Under the pieces are notes generated by a model that saw nothing but the letters and a program-made list of their open reading frames with translations, was not told the DNA's origin and did no database searches. From Geminocystis sp. GBBB08 (lineage in GTDB: Bacteria; Cyanobacteriota; Cyanobacteriia; Cyanobacteriales; Cyanobacteriaceae), in assembly GCF_016743215.1 (NCBI RefSeq), contig NZ_VRZC01000003.1:8222-72221 (forward strand): a stretch of DNA of 64,000 bases, read 5' to 3'. A program made the position numbers and the translations under genes. Numbering within the stretch: the first letter of the stretch is position 1; every line of letters begins with the position of its first letter. Below are positions 12,058-23,244 of the stretch, one piece after another.

Positions 12058-12162
12058 CCTTGCCTATATACAATTAATTTTGCCTACTTACTTAATTTTT
12101 ATTTTGCACTCGTGTCTAATATCTATTATCTTAAATTTGTTCTAAAAATAGTTCATTTTCAC

Positions 12163-13035
12163 TTATGTACCTATAGTCATTCTGCCAACCCAAAATAAAA
12201 ATAATAAAAATAAAGATAAAAAATCAGATATATTTAACTTTAATTTATGCCATTTTACTTGATGTTTATTCGGAGTAGTAAATCCTCTTATTTCCATCGC
12301 AATCGCAATTTGTTCTGCCCTTAATAGGATATTTTCTAATAATCTTTCTACCACAATTAACCAAATTTTGATACTTTTTTTGATCCCTAATTTTTTCCAT
12401 TTTATTGCTCTTGTATGAATTGATCTAATTAAATTTTGGATTTCTTCTAATACTAAAGGAATAAATCTTAAAGATAAAGTTAAGGTTAAAATTATCTCTG
12501 TAATCGGTAATTTAAACTTTCTAAAAGGTAATAATAATTCTTCAATTCCTGCGGTAATTTCTTCAGGTGCAGTAGTTAATAAATATAAAATGCTACTATA
12601 AATTAAAGTAAAAAATAAAGTGCTAACTCTAATGGCTAAATCAAGCGATCGCAAAGTAACTTTAAAATTATTAATTTGAAATAAAATATATTGATAATCT
12701 TTAGGTTGCTTGATAAGAATATCGCTACTAGGTAACCTTGGTTGATAAGAGAAAGTTAAACCATCAGGGGCAAAAGATGTTAGGCGAAAAATAATACCAG
12801 CAAAAAATAATAGCCAAGTCATCTGTTTTTTCTGTACTCGCCAAGGAATTAAAGCTAGACTGGTGACAATTACTAAAAATAATACTAAAAAAATACGCCA
12901 ATAAGGATTAGCTAATAATGGAGAAAGAATCAGACTCATCAACCATGCTAATTTAACTCTTGGATCGAGTTTATGTAACCATGTTAAAGGTTTCTCTAAG
13001 TATAAACCAATGGGAAGCGATCGCAATAAATCCAT
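12163..13035 (-). CDS. Energy-coupling factor transporter transmembrane subunit (EcfT/CbiQ family)
   Basis: LHKLDPRVKL, LSLRFIPLVLEE and AIAMEIRGF motifs. Confidence 0.88.
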   Translation of the reverse strand: MDLLRSLPIGLYLEKPLTWLHKLDPRVKLAWLMSLILSPLLANPYWRIFLVLFLVIVTSLALIPWRVQKKQMTWLLFFAGIIFRLTSFAPDGLTFSYQPRLPSSDILIKQPKDYQYILFQINNFKVTLRSLDLAIRVSTLFFTLIYSSILYLLTTAPEEITAGIEELLLPFRKFKLPITEIILTLTLSLRFIPLVLEEIQNLIRSIHTRAIKWKKLGIKKSIKIWLIVVERLLENILLRAEQIAIAMEIRGFTTPNKHQVKWHKLKLNISDFLSLFLLFLFWVGRMTIGT

Positions 13036-13301
13036 AATTGATAGTTAATAATAAATTGTGCTAATTCTTAAACAAGGGGTTTAAACCCTTTAATAATAGA
13101 CTTTTTGCAGAAGTTAGGGAAAAGGGAAGGGGGAAAGTAAAGAAATTTCAGATTAAACTTGATCAATTTGATCTTAGTTTTTCTACAAGAGATTTAATGA
13201 TTAATTGCTATATCATAGTTTGGTTTTTTTCGTAATAATTGCAACATTTTTTAACAATCATTTCTGTTAAATTTAAAAAAAGGACTAGAGGTGAAAAAAA
13301 G

Positions 13302-13736
13302 ATGTCACTAAAAAGAAAAATTGAAATCAAAAAATTAGAATCAATTCAAGGAGGAATGTCTCAATTTTATACTCCTCAATCTAGCCACGAAACAATGTTA
13401 GTGCAAATACCACCCCAAAGTATTGATGATTTATTTGTACATCATTTTCAAACGGATCAATTATTAGTTGTTAAGGGTAATTTTGTTTTAATAATTTTGC
13501 AAAATCGACAATATCAATATATATATTTAACGGAGGATAATCCTCAAGTAGTCACAATTCCTCCTGGAATCCCCCATAGTTCTATAAATTTCAATGATGA
13601 ACTTTGTTTATTAGTTAATGCAGTATTACGTCATGGAAAACCTCACCCAAAAGATTATCAATCTATTAAAAAACCTTTTCCCTATGACTTGAATCAAGTT
13701 AAACAAATAAGCTCATCACTTGTGCTAAAGTCTTAG
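13302..13736 (+). CDS. Cupin-fold protein (dTDP-sugar epimerase-like); ATG at 13302 preferred over TTG at 13239
   Basis: FVHHFQTDQLLVVKG and VTIPPGIPHSSIN cupin motifs. Confidence 0.7.
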   Translation: MSLKRKIEIKKLESIQGGMSQFYTPQSSHETMLVQIPPQSIDDLFVHHFQTDQLLVVKGNFVLIILQNRQYQYIYLTEDNPQVVTIPPGIPHSSINFNDELCLLVNAVLRHGKPHPKDYQSIKKPFPYDLNQVKQISSSLVLKS

Positions 13737-14859
13737 TCAGATTATCCATACTATAGTTATTAATACAAAGTTGCCTCGCTAAATTACCTTTATTCTCCCC
13801 TTGGGAGTAATCATTGAAAATAAGATTAATCTTTTCGGCGATCGCATGAGGAGATTGAGGTTCAATCAAATATCCCGTATCTTTTAAAATATTAGGGATT
13901 TCTCCGACTTTAGTGGCAATAATCGGTTTTCCCATGGCCATTCCCTCAATTAACTCCAAGGGAAACTTGGCAACAGTGGTTAAACTTTCCTTCGGTGTTA
14001 CTATTACGATATGACTCATGGCGATAAATTCTGCCATGTCATCAAAGGCTACAGGGATTATTTGTATTATCCAACGTTCCCATTTATCTATTAAAGTTTT
14101 TAAATAAGAAGATTGATTTTTATTACCTCCAATTAATACTAATCTGAGATCATTTTGATTTAAACTATCTAAGGCGGTAAATATATCTTCTAAACCCTGA
14201 TCTGGTTTCGGTGTACCTGTAAACATTAATAATCTATAATCTGATAAGCCATATTTTGCCCGAATAGCCATAGGATCAAATTTACTAGGATCAAATAAAT
14301 CCGTGTCTTTTACATTAGGCAGATAAGTGCCACCATAACGATATTCTAAAAATTTACTGCTTAAGGTTATACCATTTACCTTTTCGATAACTTTTTCTAA
14401 CCATTTAACATATAAAGGATGTTGGGGTTTTTTCAACTCCCCATTACCAGACAAAAAATCGCCAATCAAACTACCTTGATATTGCCAATCATCACCCCCA
14501 AAAGCCCCCATTTCCCAATCATCAATATCTAAAATGATGGGTTTTTTACTACGCCATGCTTTAAATAATCCCAATCCAAAACTACTTAATTGCGGTTTAA
14601 TAACATAAAGAATATCCCCATCAATTTGTGCCGATAAATCTAACCCCAATTTAATCAAACTAGGTAAATTTACACCATGAAAATAGGTAATTGGTAAACC
14701 AACAGGAGGTTCAGGGTATATTTGTTCTCCAAATAAAAAACCAAAAATATTAACTTGATAACCTAATTTTTGTAAACCCTGGGCAATAATATAACCCCTA
14801 GTAGTGCCTTGAGATGATAAATCAGGAATTAAAACAGAAACTTTACTTTTATTCGTCAT
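13699..14859 (-). CDS. Glycosyltransferase family 4
   Basis: LDIDDWE, KFPLELIEGMAMGKPIIATKVGEIP (GT-B fold). Confidence 0.88.
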   Translation of the reverse strand: MTNKSKVSVLIPDLSSQGTTRGYIIAQGLQKLGYQVNIFGFLFGEQIYPEPPVGLPITYFHGVNLPSLIKLGLDLSAQIDGDILYVIKPQLSSFGLGLFKAWRSKKPIILDIDDWEMGAFGGDDWQYQGSLIGDFLSGNGELKKPQHPLYVKWLEKVIEKVNGITLSSKFLEYRYGGTYLPNVKDTDLFDPSKFDPMAIRAKYGLSDYRLLMFTGTPKPDQGLEDIFTALDSLNQNDLRLVLIGGNKNQSSYLKTLIDKWERWIIQIIPVAFDDMAEFIAMSHIVIVTPKESLTTVAKFPLELIEGMAMGKPIIATKVGEIPNILKDTGYLIEPQSPHAIAEKINLIFNDYSQGENKGNLARQLCINNYSMDNLTKTLAQVMSLFV

Positions 14860-15027
14860 AGCATCAAATGCGATCACATGAGGTTAACTAGAATGGTGAA
14901 GCAGTTAAGAATGAGTAATCATTGTATCATGAATTGAAAACGAGAAAATAGAGCTACTGATCGATCTGAAATAGTATAATATTAGATATTAGTACTTAAT
15001 AAGGCTTAACTGTAACGGCAAAAAGCT

Positions 15028-15744
15028 ATGCTAAAATCTCAATCACCTCGAAGTTTATTCCACAATAGTTATAAACCTAATCTATATTCCATTAGGCCAG
15101 AAAATATAATTAATAACGCTATACCGATGGTAGTTGAATCTTCCGGCATGGGAGAAAAAGTTTTTGATGTTTATTCAAGACTACTGAGAGAAAGAATTAT
15201 TTTTGTGGGTACGGCTATTGATGATAAATTAGCAAATTCTGTCGTAGCTCAGTTACTATACTTAGAAGCCGAAAATCCGACAAAAGATATTTATCTTTAT
15301 ATCAATTCACCAGGAGGTTCAGTTTACTCAGGTTTTGCTATTTATGACACGATACAACATATTCAACCCGATGTTTCTACTATTTGTTATGGTATAGCCG
15401 CTAGTATGGGGGCATTTTTACTCTCTGGAGGAACAAAAGGAAAACGTCTAGGTTTACCCAATTCTAGGTTTATGATACACCAACCTCTCGGCGGAGCAGA
15501 AGGTCAAGCCAGTGACATTGAAATTCAGGCAAAAGAAATTCTCCATGTGAAGAAAAGATTGAATCAGTTATTATCAGATCATACCAGTCAACCTCTTGAA
15601 AAAATTATCGAAGACACGGAAAGGGATTTTTATATGTCATCCACAGAAGCTAAGGATTATGGACTAATAGATGACGTAATTATCCGAGATGGTATTGATC
15701 TTCCCATTAGTCGCCAATCCTTAGATTTAAGCGAACTTCTATAG
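15028..15744 (+). CDS. clpP: ATP-dependent Clp protease proteolytic subunit
   Basis: [31 protein letters not shown] and MIHQPLGG. Confidence 0.95.
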   Translation: MLKSQSPRSLFHNSYKPNLYSIRPENIINNAIPMVVESSGMGEKVFDVYSRLLRERIIFVGTAIDDKLANSVVAQLLYLEAENPTKDIYLYINSPGGSVYSGFAIYDTIQHIQPDVSTICYGIAASMGAFLLSGGTKGKRLGLPNSRFMIHQPLGGAEGQASDIEIQAKEILHVKKRLNQLLSDHTSQPLEKIIEDTERDFYMSSTEAKDYGLIDDVIIRDGIDLPISRQSLDLSELL

Positions 15745-15791
15745 TTAATTACTTCTTCTTTTGAGCAAAAATATTTATTAATCTTAATCCT

Positions 15792-17132
15792 ATGGCTAAA
15801 TACGACTCTCATCTTAAATGTTCCTTTTGTGGTAAATCTCAAGAACAAGTACGCAAATTAATCGCTGGACCGGGTGTTTATATTTGTGACGAATGTGTGG
15901 AACTTTGTAACGAAATTTTGGAAGAAGAATTGATACCCAGTGAGAGACAAAATTATCCACCGAAATCAAAAGCCAATAATAAATCAGCTACCTCCAGTCA
16001 TCGTAAACCCCTTACTTTTCATAAGTTACCAAAACCAGTTGAAATCAAAAAAAGATTAGATGAATACGTTATTGGGCAAGATGAAGCGAAAAAAGTTCTT
16101 TCAGTGGCTGTCTATAATCACTATAAACGTTTGACTGTTGCTGAACAGGATCAATCTTATGGCGTTAATCCTGAAAATTCTGTTGAACTTCAAAAATCGA
16201 ATATACTATTAATCGGTCCCACAGGATCAGGTAAAACCCTATTAGCTCAAACTTTAGCAAAAATTCTTGATGTGCCTTTTGCTATTGCTGATGCTACTAC
16301 CCTTACAGAAGCAGGATACGTTGGGGAAGATGTAGAAAATATCCTCTTACGCTTATTACAAGTCGCTAATTTGGATTTAGAAGAAGCTCAACGGGGTATT
16401 ATCTATATTGACGAAATTGATAAAATTGCTCGTAAAAGTGAAAATCCTTCCATTACTAGAGATGTATCAGGAGAAGGTGTACAACAGGCATTATTAAAAA
16501 TGTTAGAAGGTACAGTGGCAAATGTACCACCTCAAGGAGGCAGAAAACATCCTTATCAAGACTGTATTACTATCGATACTAGCAATATCTTATTTATTTG
16601 TGGTGGTGCTTTTGTAGGTTTAGATAAAATTATAGAACAAAATAAAGAGAAAAAAGTTTTAGGCTTTGAAATTGTCCCTGACATCTCCACCAAAGAACAA
16701 AGAGTATCTGATGCTGCTCGTCAGTTACAACCAGATGATTTAGTGCGTTTTGGTTTAATACCTGAATTTGCAGGGCGTTTACCCGTAGTAGCTGTGTTAG
16801 ATTCTCTTAATGAAGAAACTTTAATTTCTATTCTCACTCAACCTCGAAATGCTTTAGTTAAACAATTTCAAAAATTAATAGGTATGGATAATGTTACTTT
16901 AGATTTTGAACCTGAAGCCATCCGGGCGATCGCCAAAGAAGCCTACAGACGTAAAACTGGTGCAAGAGCTTTAAGAGGAATTGTGGAAGAAATCATGTTA
17001 GATGTGATGTATGAGTTACCTTCTCGTCAAGATGTTCAACACTGTGTCATCACCAAAGAAATGGTCGATAAACGCAGTACAGCAGAACTATTACTTCTTC
17101 CCTCATCCTTACCTAAACCAGAATCAGCTTAA
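15792..17132 (+). CDS. clpX: Clp protease ATP-binding subunit ClpX
   Basis: CSFCGK zinc finger, [14 protein letters not shown] and [14 protein letters not shown]. Confidence 0.98.
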   Translation: MAKYDSHLKCSFCGKSQEQVRKLIAGPGVYICDECVELCNEILEEELIPSERQNYPPKSKANNKSATSSHRKPLTFHKLPKPVEIKKRLDEYVIGQDEAKKVLSVAVYNHYKRLTVAEQDQSYGVNPENSVELQKSNILLIGPTGSGKTLLAQTLAKILDVPFAIADATTLTEAGYVGEDVENILLRLLQVANLDLEEAQRGIIYIDEIDKIARKSENPSITRDVSGEGVQQALLKMLEGTVANVPPQGGRKHPYQDCITIDTSNILFICGGAFVGLDKIIEQNKEKKVLGFEIVPDISTKEQRVSDAARQLQPDDLVRFGLIPEFAGRLPVVAVLDSLNEETLISILTQPRNALVKQFQKLIGMDNVTLDFEPEAIRAIAKEAYRRKTGARALRGIVEEIMLDVMYELPSRQDVQHCVITKEMVDKRSTAELLLLPSSLPKPESA

Positions 17133-17297
17133 ATTAATTAAGGTGTGCTATTGGGAATCAGAAAGCTATTAAAATTTTAGAATTTAGAATTTAGAATGAA
17201 GATTTTACCAGAATATCCGAGCATCGGAGCATCATTGCCTATTTCCCCGTGCATCGTTGCCTATTAATTATTCCCTATCACTCATTATCTACTATCA

Positions 17298-18146
17298 ATG
17301 ACTTCTAAAAATGTCGTTTCTACCACTAGATTAAAAAATCGTCGTGATGAAATTAAAAATCAGCGTAGATGGCAAACTTTTGTTGCTGTAAGTCGTGGTT
17401 TGATGATTATGTGTTTTGCCGGAGGAGTTTTTTGGGTGTTAACCTTACCTCATTGGGTGATTCGAGATAGTAAACAAATTAGGCTACAAGGTAATGATTT
17501 ACTTAGCGATGAGGAACTTCGTAGTTTAATCCCTCTTCAATATCCTCAATCTTTACTAAAATTATCTACTTCCCAATTAACAGAAGATTTACAAAAAAAA
17601 GTTCCTTTAGCGAATATTGTCGTCACCAGAGAATTATTACCTCCTAGTCTCACGATCAAAGTTACTGAGAAAAAACCAGTGGCGATCGCCTTAGCTCCAG
17701 TGGTATCTCCAAAAACGAAAAAATTAGAGATGAAACAAATCGGTTATATTGACATAGATGGTATTTTTGTGTCCAATAAAGTATATAAAAAAATACACCA
17801 AAAACCTGAGCAACTTCCGTCATTAAAAATTTTTGGCACACCACAATTTTATTTGCCCTATTGGCAAGATTTATATGATTTAATTAATCAATCTAATGTA
17901 AAAATTACAGAAATCGATTGGCAAAATCCCACAAATCTTATTTTAACGACGGAATTAGGAAAAGTTCACCTAGGGGGGTATAACTCAAAATTTCCTCAAC
18001 AATTAATGATATTAGAAAAATTAAAAGTTATCACCGCCAAAATTCCCAGAGAAAGAATTATTTATATTGATTTAACAGATCCAGAAACGCCTTCAATTAA
18101 GGAGAAAAAACCGCCAAAAGAGGAAAAAGAGGAGAAAAAAGAATAA
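17298..18146 (+). CDS. ftsQ: Cell division protein FtsQ/DivIB
   Basis: Basic N-terminus, one TM helix, POTRA-like region, VHLG and IYIDLTDPETP C-terminus. Confidence 0.85.
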   Translation: MTSKNVVSTTRLKNRRDEIKNQRRWQTFVAVSRGLMIMCFAGGVFWVLTLPHWVIRDSKQIRLQGNDLLSDEELRSLIPLQYPQSLLKLSTSQLTEDLQKKVPLANIVVTRELLPPSLTIKVTEKKPVAIALAPVVSPKTKKLEMKQIGYIDIDGIFVSNKVYKKIHQKPEQLPSLKIFGTPQFYLPYWQDLYDLINQSNVKITEIDWQNPTNLILTTELGKVHLGGYNSKFPQQLMILEKLKVITAKIPRERIIYIDLTDPETPSIKEKKPPKEEKEEKKE

Positions 18147-18149
18147 TTC

Positions 18150-19154
18150 TTAATCTTTTAAATGACTTTCATATTTATTATAGATAGTTAATGCAGGTAT
18201 TTCTTCACTAAAAATAAAAGGTTGTTTAAATTCTTCTGGAGGATATTCTTGACGAATAGCAATTAAAGAATTATAGAATTTTTCCCAATCTTTTAATAAA
18301 GTTAATAATGACTGAAATTGTGCAAAAGATTTTCCGTGTCGATTTCTTAAGGCAATATATTGTAACATTAAAGCATAGGTTTCTGGTTTATTTTGTTTCT
18401 GGGGTACTTGAATAATTTGTCCTAATTTCAAGAAGATCTCCGAATTTACCTGCACTACTACCATAAATTCCTTAGTACTTTCTAAATTTTTATCATAAAA
18501 AGTATCAGCAATGTCGCCAACAGTACGCAATAGAGCAAAATTACTTAAGTCGTATTGTTTGAATAACCAAAGTAGTTTTAATCCTAGCTTATCTTTACTA
18601 ACGATTTCTAATGAGTTAACATAGCTTTGTATTGCCGCCTTACCTTCATCAGTTTTAATTTGAGGGATAATATCTATCAATTTACGTTCTACTAATTCTT
18701 TAAACTGATCTACTTCTAAATCTTGTTGTAAATATTCATAAATATATTCATAAAAATCCTGTTGTGCATAACTGCGATAACGGGTTTCTGTAGCTTCAAT
18801 TTTCAAAAAACTTTCTTTTGTTTCTAATGCTACCCGTAATAAGTCCATACTATATTTTAAACCTTCATAAGAGCCAGTATTCTGCTCAAGTTGACGATTT
18901 ATCATCAAAAATTTGACAAATTCTCGGCTACTAAATTTTTCATTATCAATGGCTTTGACCATCACGGAAACATTTTTTAAGGAATTAAAACAATCACGAT
19001 ATAAGGCTTGAGTTGTCTCAGGAATTTCCTCTTTCCTCCCACCGAAAAGAGATTGAAGCCATGCAAAAAAAGATTTATTACCCCATAAAGGGCGATTATA
19101 CCAAGTATAAAAATTAATTTCTTTTCCGTCTTTTTCTTTAATGTTTGAATTCAT
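18150..19154 (-). CDS. Hypothetical protein
   Basis: 334-aa ORF with WYNRPLWG N-terminal motif; no function recognised. Confidence 0.75.
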   Translation of the reverse strand: MNSNIKEKDGKEINFYTWYNRPLWGNKSFFAWLQSLFGGRKEEIPETTQALYRDCFNSLKNVSVMVKAIDNEKFSSREFVKFLMINRQLEQNTGSYEGLKYSMDLLRVALETKESFLKIEATETRYRSYAQQDFYEYIYEYLQQDLEVDQFKELVERKLIDIIPQIKTDEGKAAIQSYVNSLEIVSKDKLGLKLLWLFKQYDLSNFALLRTVGDIADTFYDKNLESTKEFMVVVQVNSEIFLKLGQIIQVPQKQNKPETYALMLQYIALRNRHGKSFAQFQSLLTLLKDWEKFYNSLIAIRQEYPPEEFKQPFIFSEEIPALTIYNKYESHLKD

Positions 19155-19260
19155 GATTACAATTAGTGAAACTAATTAATATGCTAAAATTGATCCTAGT
19201 ATTACACAAAAATATCTAAAACAACAATTAATTTTTTTGACATTTTTCTCCGTAACTTAA

Positions 19261-19905
19261 ATGAATATACCCATTGCTGATTTAAGAAAAAACTATACCC
19301 AAGGCGGTTTAACAGAAACACAAGCCAATTTAAACCCTTTTGATCAATTTCGGCATTGGTTTCAAGAAGCAGTATCCGCAGAAATACTCGAACCTAATGC
19401 CATGACTTTAGCTACTATCAATGAAGGAGGTAAACCAAGTGCTAGAATTGTACTCCTAAAGAATTTAGATGATCGAGGCTTTACTTTTTTCACTAATTAT
19501 GACAGCCATAAAGGGAAAAATATAGAAAAAAATCCTTGGGTATCTTTAGTTTTTTGGTGGGGAAAATTAGAACGTCAAGTGAGAGTAGAAGGTAAAGTAG
19601 AGAAAATAACCTCCGAAGAATCAGATCAATACTTTTATAGTCGTCCTATAGGATCACAATTAGGTGCATGGGCTTCAAATCAAAGTCAAGTCATACCCAA
19701 CCGAGAAGTGTTAGAGATTAAATTAGAAGAAATAACTCAAAAATATCAAAAACAAATAATACCCCGTCCAGAACACTGGGGAGGTTATCGAGTATTACCT
19801 TATTTAATTGAGTTTTGGCAAGGGCGAGAAAATCGTTTACATGATCGATTATGCTATACCCTTAAAGAGGATCAACAATGGATTAGAGAGCGTTTAGCTC
19901 CTTAA
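19261..19905 (+). CDS. pdxH: Pyridoxamine 5'-phosphate oxidase
   Basis: EPNAMTLAT, ARIVLLK, FFTNYDSHKG and EFWQGRENRLHDR. Confidence 0.96.
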   Translation: MNIPIADLRKNYTQGGLTETQANLNPFDQFRHWFQEAVSAEILEPNAMTLATINEGGKPSARIVLLKNLDDRGFTFFTNYDSHKGKNIEKNPWVSLVFWWGKLERQVRVEGKVEKITSEESDQYFYSRPIGSQLGAWASNQSQVIPNREVLEIKLEEITQKYQKQIIPRPEHWGGYRVLPYLIEFWQGRENRLHDRLCYTLKEDQQWIRERLAP

Positions 19906-19920
19906 ATAATTAGGAGTTTT

Positions 19921-19990
19921 AGAATTTGGAATTTAGAATTTAGAATTTAGAATTTAGAATTTAGAATTTAGAATTTAGAATTTAGAATTT
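19921..19990. repeat. Heptamer tandem repeat (AGAATTT)x10
   Basis: Ten units, one with an A-to-G change; shorter runs of the same unit near 17175 and, inverted, near 32052. Confidence 0.92.
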
Positions 19991-20158
19991 ACCATTCTCC
20001 ATTGCCTATTACCTATAGTTGCCCATTCCTTTACCACCTTCAACCTTTCTCCAAATATATTAAGTAAGTAGGGGCTGCTGAATTAATGAGAAAGCTATAA
20101 GAATAAATGATTTAAACACACTACATTAACAACAAAAAAATGCACAGTTTTAGCAAGT

Positions 20159-20226
20159 AGTTTAAACCCCTTGTTATCATAGATTTGAGAAAAACAAAGG
20201 GCATCGATTAATTTTGCACTGGTACT
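20159..20226 (-). repeat. 68-bp dispersed repeat, copy 2
   Basis: Reverse complement of 11990..12057 with two mismatches; abuts the stop codon of the Crp-family gene. Confidence 0.85.
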
Positions 20227-21017
20227 TAACGTAAAGGCCACCATGAAACTTTGTCTCTAGTGGCACTATAAACTTCTTTTAATTCTTCAGGTCTTAAAAT
20301 ATTAATCACATCTTCCGAAGTCTCGTTATCCTTGTCTAAACTGATTAATCCCTCTTTTTGCATACCCTTCAAAACCTGCTCAACAGTACGCTGATTCAAT
20401 TGACAAGCTTTTGCAATTACATCTACGGACAGATCAAACACATAAATCCCTTTTTCATTAGGTTGACTTTGTAATTCTCTTTCTTGATAAATTAAGGCTC
20501 TTAACAATGAGGCTACAGCTTGAGGTGGATAGCTACTACAATTTAATAAATGGTAAGTAAATTTTTCTCTTAATTCAAATAATGTAGTATAGCGATCACG
20601 CACTATCTCAAAATGATCGTAAATTTTTTGTAAAGATTGTAAAGGAATTTTAGTGATATAGGTAGTTTTATAAGCCTCGACTAAACTAGGGAAACTTTTA
20701 GTAGCAAAACCATGACTAAAAGGTAAACTACGCATTCCAAAACATCCACCAGCATAAGTAATAGAGATGATTCTATCTAAGGGATTACTACGGGCAATAA
20801 TAGGACCACCTTCTAAAATTACATATAGATTATCTACACTTTCATCAGGTAAAAAGGCAGTGAATACTGGGCGATTAGAAAATAGTTTTTCCTTAACAAG
20901 ACTATCCTTTGGTAAATAAAAACTCAATTCTTCTTGATTTAATCCTTTAAACAAATAAGAATTTTCTGTCAGTAAATTAATAATGTTAGTTTCATCAGGA
21001 ATCTTTTTTTTTGCCAT
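20226..21017 (-). CDS. Crp/Fnr family transcriptional regulator (ATG 21017 preferred; ORF extends to 21056)
   Basis: cNMP-binding-like region (LYVILEGG, GGCFG) plus C-terminal HTH (LSVDVIAKACQLNQRTVEQVLK). Confidence 0.75.
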   Translation of the reverse strand: MAKKKIPDETNIINLLTENSYLFKGLNQEELSFYLPKDSLVKEKLFSNRPVFTAFLPDESVDNLYVILEGGPIIARSNPLDRIISITYAGGCFGMRSLPFSHGFATKSFPSLVEAYKTTYITKIPLQSLQKIYDHFEIVRDRYTTLFELREKFTYHLLNCSSYPPQAVASLLRALIYQERELQSQPNEKGIYVFDLSVDVIAKACQLNQRTVEQVLKGMQKEGLISLDKDNETSEDVINILRPEELKEVYSATRDKVSWWPLR

Positions 21018-21107
21018 AGTCTTGTAACTTAAATTTATTATTTTCAATAATATCATCTTATAACAACCCCTAAGATTTGGTTATTCAGATATTTCGATAG
21101 AAAAATT

Positions 21108-21410
21108 TTATAATTCTGATTGAGAGGTTTGCCAAATTTTCCAAGCAGCGATACATAAAGTAAGATTCCCTATCACTGTAGTTAAGGCTTGAATTGTCAC
21201 TAACCACTCCCATGATTCAGCGTTATCAAATAAATGCCAAGTACAAGCGCACATAGCACTAATTAAAGCAGGTAACATTCCGTAGGCTAACCAATACCAA
21301 CTATCATCCTCCGTTAATTCTCCGAAACGCCAAATAAACCAAATTGCCGCTACCCATTCTATAACGCTGGAAACATGAACAATCCATGTAGGAATTGATA
21401 AAGTGTGCAT
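21108..21410 (-). CDS. Ycf49-like (DUF2499) membrane protein
   Basis: MHTLSIPTWIVHVSSVIEW and MLPALISAMCACTWHLFDN. Confidence 0.85.
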   Translation of the reverse strand: MHTLSIPTWIVHVSSVIEWVAAIWFIWRFGELTEDDSWYWLAYGMLPALISAMCACTWHLFDNAESWEWLVTIQALTTVIGNLTLCIAAWKIWQTSQSEL

Positions 21411-21442
21411 TGATCATCAAAATTTGAGTTCTCATTGTTGTT

Positions 21443-22630
21443 TTAAATTATACCATCTTGAGACACAAAAGATCGATCTTGCGGTAAAGGTGCAACGGGT
21501 TCTGATAGAGTAAAATCACCGTCTAAAATCCATTTTTTCAAGGTTTCTGCAACTTTTCGCCCTAAATACATACTTGCCACAGAGGCCACTGTGACGGTTT
21601 GTCCTTCTATTTTTATTTTACCGTGTTTCAACTGAGCATAATTCACTAAACCAAAACTAGGACGCACCCGTCTAGGTATGGAAAAATCTACCACTGGGGC
21701 GACTATATTTTCATCTTCTACGGAACAATGTTCGATGATTTTTTCGTTTAACACTGGAAAAGGTATTCCTACCCCTAACATTAAGGATGAGCCGTAATTT
21801 TTGAAATAACAACCCCTAACCCATTCTCTACTCATTTTCTTGGCATCCCCCACTAAAGCTAAAGTTGCCGCTGGTCCTATAGGGGTATCATTAGGTAATC
21901 TTTTTTGTAGCGGAAAATGTTGTGTCCCTTCCCACACAATCATACCTTGTGCACCACCTAAAAATATTTTTGTGCCAATACCGATAGCTTCTAAATGAGG
22001 ATCATTTAATAAGGGTGACATTGCCCCAATACTAGAATATACCGCATTACCTAGACGGGGTAACAAAGGACCTAAATAAGTATATAATATGCGATCGCCT
22101 CCGTTCACCCCCACAATGAAATTTTGATACAGATTACGGGGGTTATATAAGTAAAACTGATTGATAGTTTCGGCCGTGATGTTAGACTCAAAAGAAGCAC
22201 GGGGATAACAGTCTGTAACTTGCCCAATGGCTTTGATGGTGACAGATTTACCGGCAATTAAATTTTCAATGACGTGAGAACCGCCTTTTTCAGCAATATG
22301 GGAAGGAAAATTATCACCATGATCATTAATAGAGCTATAATCACTTAACGCAGTGGCTCCCAAATACAGATCTACAGCACCAAAACCAGCATAGGCTGGA
22401 ACTCCATCTAACCAACATTTACGAATTTTCATCGGGGGATCTGTGTGTCCTAAATTTAAAATTGCCCCTGACGACTCCATTGGTTCAAATGTACCCGTAC
22501 AAATTACATCGACTTTTTCATAAGTTTTCTTTATACCTAGTTTTTTAACTTTGGCTTTTAATTCTTCAATAGTCCAAACTGTAGCTTTACCACTGAGGAT
22601 TTTTTCGTTAATTTCGGCGATCGTGCGCAT
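21443..22630 (-). CDS. DUF39 family protein (homocysteine biosynthesis-associated)
   Basis: MRTIAEINEKI, VDVICTGTFEPM, YLYNPRNLYQN and GIGTKIFLGG. Confidence 0.8.
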   Translation of the reverse strand: MRTIAEINEKILSGKATVWTIEELKAKVKKLGIKKTYEKVDVICTGTFEPMESSGAILNLGHTDPPMKIRKCWLDGVPAYAGFGAVDLYLGATALSDYSSINDHGDNFPSHIAEKGGSHVIENLIAGKSVTIKAIGQVTDCYPRASFESNITAETINQFYLYNPRNLYQNFIVGVNGGDRILYTYLGPLLPRLGNAVYSSIGAMSPLLNDPHLEAIGIGTKIFLGGAQGMIVWEGTQHFPLQKRLPNDTPIGPAATLALVGDAKKMSREWVRGCYFKNYGSSLMLGVGIPFPVLNEKIIEHCSVEDENIVAPVVDFSIPRRVRPSFGLVNYAQLKHGKIKIEGQTVTVASVASMYLGRKVAETLKKWILDGDFTLSEPVAPLPQDRSFVSQDGII

Positions 22631-22648
22631 AAGTATGAGTAGATTAAA

Positions 22649-22846
22649 TTATATGTTTGTTGTTTGATGAATTTCTCTAATTATTGACTCAGGAAGCTCT
22701 AAATTTTTTTCAATCATTTGTTTTCGTCTTTCAATAATTTCATAAGTTTTTCCAATTCTAGTAGTATGAGAAGCAAAATAAGTATCAATTATTTCTTCTC
22801 CCGTTTCAATTTTTTGTTCTAGTTGTTCAATAGAAATATTGTTCAT
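22649..22846 (-). CDS. Probable antitoxin of the BrnT pair, possibly C-terminally truncated
   Basis: Overlaps the toxin 3' end; EQKIETGEEIIDTYF and NLELPESII resemble CopG/BrnA-type antitoxins. Confidence 0.55.
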   Translation of the reverse strand: MNNISIEQLEQKIETGEEIIDTYFASHTTRIGKTYEIIERRKQMIEKNLELPESIIREIHQTTNI

Positions 22847-23102
22847 AAATTTGTCTCTCTTTTTTGGTACTTTTCCAGTAAGTAATTAACCAAATATATT
22901 CTCCTTCTTCATCATACCGAATTTCATAAATGACGGAAACAAGAATATTACCCAGATAAGCAATAGCAATAAATTGTTCTGGAGCATCATTTTTGATTCT
23001 TTCTACATAATCATTCCTAAATATATTGGCTACTTCTTGTAAAGTATATCCTCTTGTTTGTTTTAGTATCTTGCTTTTAGAATCATCCCAATCAAATCGC
23101 AT
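22827..23102 (-). CDS. BrnT family toxin
   Basis: MRFDWDDSKS N-terminus and ITYWKSTKKERQIYE C-terminus. Confidence 0.75.
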   Translation of the reverse strand: MRFDWDDSKSKILKQTRGYTLQEVANIFRNDYVERIKNDAPEQFIAIAYLGNILVSVIYEIRYDEEGEYIWLITYWKSTKKERQIYEQYFY

Positions 23103-23209
23103 TATGTTATCGATTTCAGCATAATTTACTTAAAATTGTTCTGATTATAACAAAACCGATAATTTTATTCGATCTACTGAAATTAAGTAATTAATTGATC
23201 TAAACTAGC

Positions 23210-23244
23210 AACCTGAAACCTGAAACCTAAAACCTGAAACCTGA
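23210..23244. repeat. Heptamer tandem repeat (AACCTGA)x5
   Basis: Five units, one variant, upstream of the porin gene. Confidence 0.85.
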
